64,000 nt of DNA from Chitinophagales bacterium (GCA_026461075.1 JAPJNH010000164.1:12432-76431), one strand, 5' to 3'. Shown: positions 29,025 to 38,922, counted from the stretch's first letter. Notes: generated from the letters alone by a model not told the origin. Numbers and translations are program-made.

Positions 29025-29855
29025 TTATTCTTCTGTTGAGTTATTTTCGGTATTGCCTTCGCTTGCGTCAGCAGCTGCCTCCCCTTCAACTTTTTGATTA
29101 CGTTTCAAAATTTCACGCGCCAAGTTTAGGTAATTCAAAGCACCGGTACAGTCAGCGTCGTAAGCGATAGCAGGCTTTCCAATGGTTGGCGCTTCTGCGA
29201 GTGAAACGTTACGATGTATGATGGTATTGAATACTAAATCTTCAAAGTGAGGTTTGATTTCATTCACCATTTGATGACTCAAACGAAGACGTTGGTTGAA
29301 CATCGTCAACAAAATCCCTTCGATACTAAGATCCACATTGATACGAGTACGAACTATTTTGATGGTGTTCAACAATTTGCCCAAACCTTCTAATGCGAAG
29401 AATTCACATTGAACAGGAATCAAAACAGAATCGGCAGCGGTGAGTGCGTTAACAGTGATAAGGCCTAGTGACGGAGAACAGTCGATGATGATATAGTCGA
29501 ACTGATCTTTTACAGAATCAAGAACGGCCTTCATGATACGCTCACGATTTTGATGGTTCACGAATTCGATTTCGGCACCCACTAGATCCATACTTGCTGG
29601 CAAGAGGAAAAGGTTAGGTGTTTCCGTTTCGATCATCGCTTTGTCGATGGTCACTTCGTTGATCATACACTCATACAAACCGGTTGTGATTTGTTTCGGG
29701 TTGAAACCGATACCGGAAGTGGCATTTGCTTGCGGATCTGCATCGACCAACAAGACTTTATATTCTAAAACGGCGAAGCTAGCAGCCAAGTTGATTGCTG
29801 AGGTAGTTTTACCTACTCCACCCTTTTGATTCGCTATTGCAATAATTTTTCCCAT
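29025..29855 (-). CDS. parA: ParA/Soj ATPase
   Basis: NQKGGVGKTT, DADPQAN, IDCSPSLG, PVQCEFFALEG. Confidence 0.96.
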   Translation of the reverse strand: MGKIIAIANQKGGVGKTTSAINLAASFAVLEYKVLLVDADPQANATSGIGFNPKQITTGLYECMINEVTIDKAMIETETPNLFLLPASMDLVGAEIEFVNHQNRERIMKAVLDSVKDQFDYIIIDCSPSLGLITVNALTAADSVLIPVQCEFFALEGLGKLLNTIKIVRTRINVDLSIEGILLTMFNQRLRLSHQMVNEIKPHFEDLVFNTIIHRNVSLAEAPTIGKPAIAYDADCTGALNYLNLAREILKRNQKVEGEAAADASEGNTENNSTEE

Positions 29856-29921
29856 AGATATAATTCGAGATTCAAAAATAAGCCTAAAATCAGGTCTAGG
29901 AACTACCTATTTTCAAATAAG

Positions 29922-30008
29922 TTACGCACAGTCGTCAATAATCGTGGATAGCGTGGGGATAACTTTTGAAACGCATCAAATTATAGGCATTATTTACTTT
30001 TATTAACA
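29922..30008. promoter_or_regulatory. Cluster of degenerate DnaA-box-like 9-mers upstream of parA
   Basis: TTACGCACA 29922, CGTGGATAG 29943, TGGGGATAA 29954, TTATTAACA 30000; each 1-2 mismatches from TTATCCACA or its complement. Confidence 0.45.
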
Positions 30009-30039
30009 GCGTTTATGCAATTTTTAGAAAGAGTGCAAA

Positions 30040-31194
30040 ATGAGTACTAACTTGCCAAATATTATTAAATTGGATTTAGAAAAGATTCAGAAAATGAAGT
30101 TTATAAAAAGCAAATCACAACTCAACTATTTACTTTTTGGAATTGCATTTGGGTGTTGCTTTCCCATTATTGCACTCGTGTTCGACATTTTCTTTTATTA
30201 CAAACTAGATTGTTCATGGGCCTCCATAAAGTATGCGCATATGAACGATCCGCTTATTTACATTATTGACACCGCGCCCATTTTCTTAGGAATCGCCTTT
30301 GGAATTGCTGGTTCAAAGCAGGCGGCTGTTTTAAAACTAAACCAAGGATTAGAAAAAAGTTCTGCAGAAGTTGACCAAAAGAATAAAATCTTGAATGAGA
30401 CTTTGGATGAATTAAAAAGAACCCAAACTAATTTAATTCACACAGAAAAAATGAGTGCTGTTGGTCAGTTGACTGCAGGTATTGCCCATGAGATTAATAA
30501 TCCAATCAACTTTGTTCTATCCAATGTAACTCCGTTAAAAAGGGATGTGGCAGATTTAATTAGTGTAATTGAATCAATTAAAAAAATTGATCATGCAAGC
30601 GCCAAAGAAACGCATGAATTAATCAAAAGTATCGATTTGCAATATACTATCGATGAAATTGATGAGCTGTTAATTGGCTTGGAAGAAGGAGCAACACGTA
30701 CTGCAGAAATTGTTAGGGGCTTAAAGAATTTTAGTAGAACAGAAGAATTTGGAACAAATCTCACTAATATAAACGAGTGCATTAAGACAACCGTTATTCT
30801 CCTTAAACATAAGCTAGGTAAACGCATAAAAATCGAGAAGGAGCTCGGTGATATTCCTTTAATCAACTGTCATTCAGGAAAAATAAATCAGGTTTTCATG
30901 AATTTATTAAGCAACTCGATTGATGCAATAGAGGGCGAAGGAACGATTAAAATCATCACTAAAATTTACGATCCAAAACAAATACAGATTATTTTAGCTG
31001 ATACAGGAAAAGGAATGACACCAGAAATATCGCAAAAAATATTCGATCCGTTTTTTACTACCAAAAATGTAGGTGATGGAACAGGATTAGGTTTGAGCAT
31101 TAGTTATGGTATCATTAAAGAGATGCAAGGATCTATCGAATTCACTAGTGAAGTGGATAAAGGAACAACATTTACTATCAATTTACCGATATAA
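30040..31194 (+). CDS. Membrane sensor histidine kinase (NtrB-like H-box); alternative start 30094
   Basis: Two TM segments, GIAHEINNP, NLLSNSIDA, DTGKG, FDPFFTTK, GTGLGLSI. Confidence 0.93.
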   Translation: MSTNLPNIIKLDLEKIQKMKFIKSKSQLNYLLFGIAFGCCFPIIALVFDIFFYYKLDCSWASIKYAHMNDPLIYIIDTAPIFLGIAFGIAGSKQAAVLKLNQGLEKSSAEVDQKNKILNETLDELKRTQTNLIHTEKMSAVGQLTAGIAHEINNPINFVLSNVTPLKRDVADLISVIESIKKIDHASAKETHELIKSIDLQYTIDEIDELLIGLEEGATRTAEIVRGLKNFSRTEEFGTNLTNINECIKTTVILLKHKLGKRIKIEKELGDIPLINCHSGKINQVFMNLLSNSIDAIEGEGTIKIITKIYDPKQIQIILADTGKGMTPEISQKIFDPFFTTKNVGDGTGLGLSISYGIIKEMQGSIEFTSEVDKGTTFTINLPI

Positions 31195-31203
31195 TTTACA
31201 GCT

Positions 31204-32787
31204 ATGTTAAGTAATTCAAAAGCCTATAACATCCTTTATGTGGATGATGAAATTCACAACCTAAATTCATTCAAGGCCGCATTCAGAAGATTTTACAATG
31301 TCTATACCGCACTGAGTGCAAAAGACGGTATTGAAATCATGCGTGAAACACCCATTCACCTAATCATCACCGATCAGCGCATGCCAGAAATGACAGGTGT
31401 TGAATTTCTTGAAAAAGCGATTGGTATTCAGCCAGAGTCGATCAGAATGATTCTAACGGGATACAGTGATGTAGAGGATATCATTAGAGCGATTAATACG
31501 GGTCGTATCTACAGATATATTACCAAGCCTTGGTCGGAACAAGAATTGAAACTTACGATAGACCTTGCGCTTGAAAGTCTAGATTTAAAAATAAGAAATA
31601 CGCAACTGCAAGAAGATGCGATTAAGAACGCATTAGAAGTTGAATCTGCTAAATTCAAGGATCAATTCTTGGCGAATATGAGTCATGAAATCCGCACACC
31701 GATGAATGCTATTGTAGGGATGACACGTTTGATGTTGAAGAGAGAGCAGGATCAGGAAAATTTAAAGTATTTAGGAGCCATCCAGCATGCAAGTGAAAAT
31801 TTATTGATTCTCATTAATGATATCCTAGACATCAGTAAGATCCAATCGGGGAAGATGCATATCGAACAAATTCCGATTTCGCTGAGAGCCACCATTAATG
31901 GGTGCTTTTCAACGCTTATTTACAAATGCGAAGAGAAAGGTTTACAACTGAAATTAGAAATTGATTCAAGTATTCCAGACTCCATTATAAGCGATCCAAC
32001 CCGCTTAAATCAAATATTAATTAACCTAGTTGGAAATGCGATCAAATTCACGAAAGAAGGAGAAATCATCCTTCGCGTTAGTACAGCAGTCAAAGACAAT
32101 CCAAGCTCTACTGACTTTCAGTTTTTAAAATTCGAAGTGATTGATTGTGGTATCGGCATTGAAAAAGGAAAAACAGCTTTCATCTTTGACAGCTTTACGC
32201 AATCAAGCTCCAGTACCGCTCGTAAATATGGTGGAAGTGGACTTGGCCTATCTATTACGAAGCAACTCGTTTCTTTAATGGGTGGTTCTATTGATGTGAT
32301 AAGTGAAATTAATAAAGGAAGTAATTTCTTCTTCACCATTCCACTTATCGTTTCGAATATGGATTCGGTTATTGCCTCACAACAATCGAATATGGATTAT
32401 TTGCTCAAGGCAAAGAATCTTAAGGGTATTTCCCTTTTATTGGTAGAGGATGACAGTTTTAATCAAATCGTCGCGGTGGATACACTGGAATCCCTAATCC
32501 CTGAAATTAAAATTACGATTGCGGAAAACGGCTTGCTTGCTTGCGAAAAAGCCCAATCTGAGAAATTCGATATAGTTTTAATGGATCTACAAATGCCTGA
32601 ATTAAATGGCTATGAGGCCACTGAAAAAATAAGACAGTTTTCTAGCATCCCCATTATTGCTATGACAGCGGATGCTTTAAAAACCGATAACGATAAGTGC
32701 TTAGCGGTAGGGATGAATGATTATATATCCAAACCATTCGAAGAGGCTAATCTGATTGATAAAATCTACAAACAAGTAAACAAATAA
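31204..32787 (+). CDS. Hybrid kinase REC-HisKA-HATPase-REC
   Basis: YVDDE/ITDQRMP receiver; NMSHEIRTPM; NLVGNAIKFT; GGSGLGL; LVEDD/LMDLQMP receiver. Confidence 0.94.
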   Translation: MLSNSKAYNILYVDDEIHNLNSFKAAFRRFYNVYTALSAKDGIEIMRETPIHLIITDQRMPEMTGVEFLEKAIGIQPESIRMILTGYSDVEDIIRAINTGRIYRYITKPWSEQELKLTIDLALESLDLKIRNTQLQEDAIKNALEVESAKFKDQFLANMSHEIRTPMNAIVGMTRLMLKREQDQENLKYLGAIQHASENLLILINDILDISKIQSGKMHIEQIPISLRATINGCFSTLIYKCEEKGLQLKLEIDSSIPDSIISDPTRLNQILINLVGNAIKFTKEGEIILRVSTAVKDNPSSTDFQFLKFEVIDCGIGIEKGKTAFIFDSFTQSSSSTARKYGGSGLGLSITKQLVSLMGGSIDVISEINKGSNFFFTIPLIVSNMDSVIASQQSNMDYLLKAKNLKGISLLLVEDDSFNQIVAVDTLESLIPEIKITIAENGLLACEKAQSEKFDIVLMDLQMPELNGYEATEKIRQFSSIPIIAMTADALKTDNDKCLAVGMNDYISKPFEEANLIDKIYKQVNK

Positions 32788-32788
32788 T

Positions 32789-33133
32789 ATGCTAGCGAAT
32801 CTTGATTTCTTGAAATCATTTACGAAAGGCGATGTTGAGAAGTTGAATAAATACATCTCTATTTTCATTGATACTGTACAACAAAAGGATATCGAAATAA
32901 AAAAGGCTTTGGAGGATAAGAAAAAGGAGGTGATAAAAATTCATGTCCATACCTTAAAATCCCAATGTCGTTATATGGGATTGAATAATCTCGAACCACT
33001 TATATTACAGATTGAAGAGGCCTGTGGATTAGAGGATTCATCCTTAGATGCTATTGCAGAACAACTGAGCACCCTACTCGCAAATTTGAATCAGGCCATC
33101 CTAGAATTAGGGGAAGTGATTCAAAAAAAATAG
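32789..33133 (+). CDS. Hpt histidine phosphotransfer protein
   Basis: LDFLKSFTKGD...HVHTLKSQCRYMG Hpt motif; 114 aa, helical. Confidence 0.85.
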   Translation: MLANLDFLKSFTKGDVEKLNKYISIFIDTVQQKDIEIKKALEDKKKEVIKIHVHTLKSQCRYMGLNNLEPLILQIEEACGLEDSSLDAIAEQLSTLLANLNQAILELGEVIQKK

Positions 33134-33175
33134 GCTAAAAATAATTTTATTAAATTTACACATCAAATTATAACA

Positions 33176-33694
33176 ATGGCTAACAAAACGGAACGTACAA
33201 TATTTGTTATCGACGATGACAGCATGCAATTACAAATGTTAAATGACTATTTAAGTCAGAACTACGTAATTAAAATTCATCAGTTTAAAACAGGTGAAGA
33301 AGCCATTGCGAACTTACATCTCAATCCGGATATGGTTATCCTTGATTATCATTTAAGTTTAGATAATAGTGCCATGAATGGGGTGGATGTTTTGAAGCAA
33401 ATAAAGATTGCAAATCCATCTACCAATGTAATTATACTATCCGGACAAGATAAAATATCTGTTGCGGTAGAATGCATGAAGCATGGCGCATACGACTATA
33501 TTGTAAAAAGCGAGAGTGCTTTTGCAAGAATCGAAAACGCATTAGCACGTATTGGAGAGCACTTAAGTACGGTTAACCAACTTAAAATTTATAAGCTAGG
33601 TTTCCGAATTGCCATTGCAGCAATTGTAATTATTAGTATTATTTCAATCATACTAGTAAAGGCAGGAATGGCTTCGGCTAAATATTGGGCCTAA
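33176..33694 (+). CDS. Response regulator receiver with C-terminal transmembrane helix
   Basis: VIDDD, ILDYHL, LSGQD, GAYDYIVK, then IAIAAIVIISIISIILV. Confidence 0.88.
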   Translation: MANKTERTIFVIDDDSMQLQMLNDYLSQNYVIKIHQFKTGEEAIANLHLNPDMVILDYHLSLDNSAMNGVDVLKQIKIANPSTNVIILSGQDKISVAVECMKHGAYDYIVKSESAFARIENALARIGEHLSTVNQLKIYKLGFRIAIAAIVIISIISIILVKAGMASAKYWA

Positions 33695-33775
33695 TTAATC
33701 TTTTGCGTTCACACGCATAAGTATCGTAACTATTTATTGGGGATTCATCTGACGAAAGTTCATTGAGTTTGTGAT

Positions 33776-33820
33776 ATAGAACAAACTGATATTTTCTATA
33801 TTAGTATAGACAATATCTAT
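33776..33820. promoter_or_regulatory. OxyR/LysR operator
   Basis: ATAG-N7-CTAT at 33806-33820 and ATAG-N7-TGAT at 33776-33790, directly before the oxyR ATG. Confidence 0.7.
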
Positions 33821-33823
33821 AGC

Positions 33824-34756
33824 ATGAACTTACAACAATTAGAATATATCGTAGCGGTAGATCGTTACCGTCATTTCGTGACGGCAGCGGAGAAATCATA
33901 TATCACGCAAGCGACCTTGAGCATGATGATTAAGAAATTAGAGGAAGAGCTCGGGATACAAATTTTCGATCGCCGAAAGCAGCCTGTAGAACCAACTCCG
34001 GCAGGAAAGGAAATCATAGAAAGAGCGCATCGCATCTTATTTGAGGTGCGTAGTATGGAAGATTATGCACGTGAAATCAATCACGGCATGACAGGCACTT
34101 TAAGCATTGGTATTATCCCCACACTTGCCCCCTATCTCCTTCCAAAATTAATCCCTCCATTCTTAAAAGAGCTGCCCGATGTACAGTTGCAAATCCATGA
34201 ACTGCGCACAGCCGACATGATTCAGCAACTCGCCAAGGGAGAATTAGATCTAGGAATCGCAGCTACACCATTGGCACAAGAGGCGCTCGTAGAATATCCA
34301 CTCTTTTATGAGCCCTTCTATGCATATTTGGGAAAGAATGCTAAATCAGATCCTAAAAAATATTTCGATCAGAAGTTATTACTCGACAAACAACTTTGGT
34401 TGTTGGAAGATGGACATTGTATGCGAACACAAGTATTAGATATCTGTTCGCGCAGAAACAAGCGAAGTCATATTCCAATGATACAATACGAATCAGGAAG
34501 TATTGAAACCTTGATTCAGCTGGTCGATGAACAAGGCGGTTTAACAATTGTGCCTGCTCTTGCAGTGGAACGTTTAACAAAAACACAGAAAACACATCTA
34601 CGTGAATTTGCACCCCCTACCCCAGTTCGAGAAGTAAGTTTGATTAGTAATAAACACTTCGCACGTAAAGGCTTACTGAAGGCTGTTCAGCAAATCATTC
34701 AGAAGAAAATTGAGTTACCTCAAGAAAAACGACAACAGGTTTTACCGATAGTTTAA
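33824..34756 (+). CDS. oxyR: Hydrogen peroxide-inducible LysR regulator OxyR
   Basis: LysR HTH; IPTLAPYLLP; LLEDGHCMRTQVLDIC (two redox Cys); SIETL. Confidence 0.92.
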   Translation: MNLQQLEYIVAVDRYRHFVTAAEKSYITQATLSMMIKKLEEELGIQIFDRRKQPVEPTPAGKEIIERAHRILFEVRSMEDYAREINHGMTGTLSIGIIPTLAPYLLPKLIPPFLKELPDVQLQIHELRTADMIQQLAKGELDLGIAATPLAQEALVEYPLFYEPFYAYLGKNAKSDPKKYFDQKLLLDKQLWLLEDGHCMRTQVLDICSRRNKRSHIPMIQYESGSIETLIQLVDEQGGLTIVPALAVERLTKTQKTHLREFAPPTPVREVSLISNKHFARKGLLKAVQQIIQKKIELPQEKRQQVLPIV

Positions 34757-34788
34757 TGGGATAAACTACCTTTGTACAAACAATATTT

Positions 34789-35313
34789 ATGAAAGATAAT
34801 TACCTAGTGGTGGCTGGCACCATGCGTCAGCATTCCAATACAGAAAAAGTAGCGAAGTGGTATGTAGAGCAATTAGAGCAAGCGGGTAAGCGAGTTAGTT
34901 ATATCAATCTAAATGAACTACCGATAGCACAATTCGATTTGAATCACAAAACAGAGCAGCAGGAGGCGATGGAAAATACCATGGTACAACCTGCTACGAA
35001 GTTTATTTTTGTGGTCCCTGAATATAATGGTTCATTCCCTGGCGCTTTAAAAGCATGGATCGATTGTTGCGATGTCAAGACAGCCTTCTGGGGCAAGAAG
35101 GCGGCAATTACAGGCTTATCTAGCGGTCGTAATGGCAATTTGCGAGGAATGGATCATCTAACGGGTGTATTGAATTATATGAAGATAAATGTCATGCACT
35201 ATAAGGTTAGCTTGCCGACGATTCCTCAAATTTTGAATGCGGACGGTCAGATTGAAGATGCGGTGCATCTCGATATGATGAAACGTCAGTTAAGTGATTT
35301 CATCGAATTCTAA
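34789..35313 (+). CDS. NADPH-dependent FMN reductase
   Basis: VPEYNGSFPGALKAWID, GNLRGMDHL. Confidence 0.92.
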   Translation: MKDNYLVVAGTMRQHSNTEKVAKWYVEQLEQAGKRVSYINLNELPIAQFDLNHKTEQQEAMENTMVQPATKFIFVVPEYNGSFPGALKAWIDCCDVKTAFWGKKAAITGLSSGRNGNLRGMDHLTGVLNYMKINVMHYKVSLPTIPQILNADGQIEDAVHLDMMKRQLSDFIEF

Positions 35314-35939
35314 TGTTTTCCTTTCTAGTATATCGCCAGAAGAATTTGCAGAGCTATTGGATAGCTTATTGGATTCTTTTGGCGATTTTACTTTTGACAC
35401 AGTGTTTGCTGACGCAAGACGAATTATTTTTATTCGTCAATCGTCATACCAATAACTATTTAGATTTACCAATGAATGGTATCACCTTCATTGGCTCTGG
35501 ATGGGTCTTTGGCGCTGTCATCGGTCTTGCTTTCTTTTATAGAGACAAAAGACTGGGCCTTTTATTATTGAGCACCTATATCTTAAGCACTTTACTTGCA
35601 CAAGGAATCAAACATATACTACCGGCGATTCCTCGTCCACAACTTCATTTTGCAGAAATAAAGCAAGCGATTCGTTTACCGAAAGGAGCAGAAGTTTTAA
35701 AATTAGCCAGCTTTCCAAGTGGACATAGCACCTCTATCGCAGCATTGGCAACTATACTAGCTTTTTACTTCAGGAAGTATTCCATTGCACTGCCGTTATT
35801 AGCAATAGCCTTTATAGTAGCCTTTTCACGCGTTTATGTCGCTGCGCACTTTTTTAGAGATATCAGCGCAGGAATATTTCTCGGGACGGAGGCAGCAGCG
35901 ATTTGTATATTATTATTTAGAAAAAAACTAGAACAGTAG
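35313..35939 (+). CDS. PAP2 family phosphatase
   Basis: K...RP, SFPSGHS, SRVYVAAHF motifs; multiple TM segments. Confidence 0.93.
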   Translation: MFSFLVYRQKNLQSYWIAYWILLAILLLTQCLLTQDELFLFVNRHTNNYLDLPMNGITFIGSGWVFGAVIGLAFFYRDKRLGLLLLSTYILSTLLAQGIKHILPAIPRPQLHFAEIKQAIRLPKGAEVLKLASFPSGHSTSIAALATILAFYFRKYSIALPLLAIAFIVAFSRVYVAAHFFRDISAGIFLGTEAAAICILLFRKKLEQ

Positions 35940-36755
35940 CCCAATCGTTGCAATCATTTCATAGGTTGCAAAGGCTTCTCTTGCGGTACCTCCGTAGACA
36001 TTCAGATTATAATAACGAGCGTAATCCGCTTTGTTAGTAAACTCCAAATAAAGTTTGTGATGGAAGCTTGCACGGACGCCGAATTCAAGGCCTGTATTCC
36101 ACCCACCGAACTGAAATTGCGTTTTGTTATGACGACCAAACAATTCGTTTTCTACGTGCGGGATTAAGGGACCTACACCAAATCTTCCAATAGCGTCGAT
36201 ACGTATCGGAGCAGAGGGGCACGTATACCAATTCCAACGCTTCACGATATTAAACAGGAAGAAATTAGCCCCGTTATTTAAGAAATAATAGTTCCCTGTT
36301 TTACGTTGCCACAATACAAGCGAATCCGTATAGCGACCGTTCAAAGTCCCTTGCACGCGGACCATTTGACTGTCAGCGATGATATGTTTAGTATGATCAA
36401 AATTTAATTCAACACCCCACCCTTTCTTTTCATTAATCCAATAACCTAAGCGATAATTGTATTGCGGAATAGTCAAGGCCATCTTAAAAATAGATTTTTC
36501 ATTCCAACCTGGATGATCATGCGCTTGAACAGCAAGATAGGTATAGTCATTATTTAACTCTGGTTGCGCGACATGAATATCAGGACGAGTATACCACTCT
36601 TTATTGTAGCCCCATGCGAACCAAACTTTATCATGCGAGAGCCATTTTGGGGCTGCCTTCTCGCTTTTTACATCACTGTTAGTTGTGGAAGATTGGGCAA
36701 AAAGTGAGGAGCACGCTAGTGCAACAAAAAGCAGTAGTAAAAAACCTTTTTTCAT
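35928..36755 (-). CDS. Hypothetical outer-membrane beta-barrel protein
   Basis: Signal peptide, aromatic amphipathic strands (WGYNKEWY, PQYNYRLGY, ELNFDHTK), terminal Phe. Confidence 0.75.
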   Translation of the reverse strand: MKKGFLLLLFVALACSSLFAQSSTTNSDVKSEKAAPKWLSHDKVWFAWGYNKEWYTRPDIHVAQPELNNDYTYLAVQAHDHPGWNEKSIFKMALTIPQYNYRLGYWINEKKGWGVELNFDHTKHIIADSQMVRVQGTLNGRYTDSLVLWQRKTGNYYFLNNGANFFLFNIVKRWNWYTCPSAPIRIDAIGRFGVGPLIPHVENELFGRHNKTQFQFGGWNTGLEFGVRASFHHKLYLEFTNKADYARYYNLNVYGGTAREAFATYEMIATIGLLF

Positions 36756-36832
36756 AGCAAATAATTAGGCTACGAAGTAAATAAAAAAAATGAAGATTTA
36801 AGCTGATGGAAATCATTCCAACCAATGTATGG

Positions 36833-38056
36833 CTAAATAGTCTGGATAAAATCGCGCATTAGCTTATTTTGAATCAAATGAGTTATTTCGATGGCTTCAT
36901 TTTTCAACTGTAAGCTTTCGGCTTTATTCCGAACATTGCTATGTGAAGCTGAAAGTAAGTCCCACGCAGAAGAAGTTAAAGATGCACTATACCAACCTCC
37001 TTTAAAGCTTTTCAGTTCTTCCACTCTTACGATGCCTAAACGCAATCCTTCGAACTGAAGTATTGATTGAAATTCATAATCGACAATATTGGTTGTCATG
37101 GCCCAAAGAATTTCTTCTTTAATTAAATCACTTTGCTTCAAAATATGTTCTGCTCCGATAAATAAAAATGTCCGCACCAAACGACCAAGCCAAGCAATTC
37201 TAAACGGCGCGTAATTGGTATCCTTAGCATGTTGTATCCCTTCCTTTAATAAGGCTTCTAGCTTTTTGTCATTCAATTCACCATTGAATGCTTTGGTATA
37301 AAGGAAGTTAACAAAGAGTCTTGAATAGAGATGCGGAAAATCAATATGTGCCGAGCTTACTTTCTTCTTATAACTTGCTTTAAAAGTTTTAAAAGGAATC
37401 AAGCCACCAAAACCTCTTTCGAAGTACTTATTGTTGGCATATTCTTCGTAGAAAATCTTCTCATGAATTGAAATTTCCTGTGTGGTATAAATGCGTTCGA
37501 TTGAATTAAGAAAATAAAAGCCATGATTATCCTCGTCTACGAAATGATGGAAATAGGATAAACGAGCTTTTTCATTTTTCTCAATAGCATGAATGATTTT
37601 ATCTGCACGAGTAGTGTTAGTACGAAACTCTGTTGCGATTATATGATTCAAGCGAATATGTGCCGGAGAGAGCGGACTAATTCTACTATAATAATCTGCA
37701 AATTCTTCTGCACGCAACATCTCCAACGCTAATAATGCCCTAGATTCAAAGATACTTAAGACATTTACTTCGGAAATTTGACCGCTCGAAACCTTCTCAA
37801 AATCATATACATCACGATAGCCCAGAAATTGCGCAATCGCATTGATATTATATAAGTAGGGTTTGGTGGTAGAACTAAAGAAGCCTGTTAAACGAGATAT
37901 GGTATGAGGCGATATTTGATATTTTGCAGCATTAAGAATTTCTGCAATTTTAATAGAGTCGCTATGAGATTGCAGTTTACAATTGGTTATGCGTTGCAAT
38001 TCCTCCAATAAGGCGTTAATTGTTTCGTCTTTTAATTGATACTGCGGCTTGGGCAT
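36833..38056 (-). CDS. Hypothetical protein with N-terminal HTH-like domain and helical C-terminal region
   Basis: 407-aa ORF; ISPHTISRLTGF...KP...NAIAQFLGY..DF N-terminal pattern; AT-rich. Confidence 0.75.
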   Translation of the reverse strand: MPKPQYQLKDETINALLEELQRITNCKLQSHSDSIKIAEILNAAKYQISPHTISRLTGFFSSTTKPYLYNINAIAQFLGYRDVYDFEKVSSGQISEVNVLSIFESRALLALEMLRAEEFADYYSRISPLSPAHIRLNHIIATEFRTNTTRADKIIHAIEKNEKARLSYFHHFVDEDNHGFYFLNSIERIYTTQEISIHEKIFYEEYANNKYFERGFGGLIPFKTFKASYKKKVSSAHIDFPHLYSRLFVNFLYTKAFNGELNDKKLEALLKEGIQHAKDTNYAPFRIAWLGRLVRTFLFIGAEHILKQSDLIKEEILWAMTTNIVDYEFQSILQFEGLRLGIVRVEELKSFKGGWYSASLTSSAWDLLSASHSNVRNKAESLQLKNEAIEITHLIQNKLMRDFIQTI

Positions 38057-38122
38057 CTTCTGAAATAAGGGTTAATTATCAGAAAGTTATACAAATATTT
38101 TGAGAGTTAAAACATCTACAAA

Positions 38123-38731
38123 CTATTTACGCAGAACTGCTCTTAGTACCAATCCAGTTCCTATATGGTATATACCTTCATTCAAATTCACTTCTAATTC
38201 CTCGATATAGTCCAATTCAAAATCTTTACACAAGTTTATAATCTCATCCTTGCTATAAAGCATGGCCTCCTCTTTAGGTCCGCCCACCTTTGGATTCTTG
38301 GCATTATATGCAAGATGGCCTTTACTAAACGCTTCCATAATTAGATAGCCTCCTTTCTTCAAATAAGGTAAAATAGTACCTATCATCAACTCTTTAACAT
38401 TCGCAGGAAAATGAGCATAGGACAATGCAATTACATCAAATTGATTCTCCGTATACGGCAAATTATCATCCGTATTAACAAAGTATTCAATCTTCACATT
38501 ATTACTATTAGCCAACTTTTCCGCCTTTTTCATTCCTTCTATACTGATATCAAATGCAAAGACGTCCCAGCCTAGACCAGCTGCATAAACTGCATTCCGT
38601 CCCTCACCCTCTGCAGGGAACAATATTTTCCCAGGCTCTAGTTTTGACAACTGTTCCTTAATAAAATTATTTGGTGCCGTACCATAGGCGAATTCCTCTT
38701 GTGAATAACGCTCGTCCCACATATGTTTCAT
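38123..38731 (-). CDS. Class I SAM-dependent methyltransferase (TehB-like)
   Basis: WDERYS..FAYGTAPN, LFPAEGEGRNAVY, GGPK; start ATG 38731. Confidence 0.9.
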   Translation of the reverse strand: MKHMWDERYSQEEFAYGTAPNNFIKEQLSKLEPGKILFPAEGEGRNAVYAAGLGWDVFAFDISIEGMKKAEKLANSNNVKIEYFVNTDDNLPYTENQFDVIALSYAHFPANVKELMIGTILPYLKKGGYLIMEAFSKGHLAYNAKNPKVGGPKEEAMLYSKDEIINLCKDFELDYIEELEVNLNEGIYHIGTGLVLRAVLRK

Positions 38732-38847
38732 GGAATAATTTTTTTCGAAGATAGTCATTGCACATTAGCTTTAGTGTAACATTAGATACCTACCATTTTA
38801 TTTTAAGATAAATAATCAAGAATGCTTACATTTGAATTCTCTAAAGC

Positions 38848-38922
<75 letters not shown>

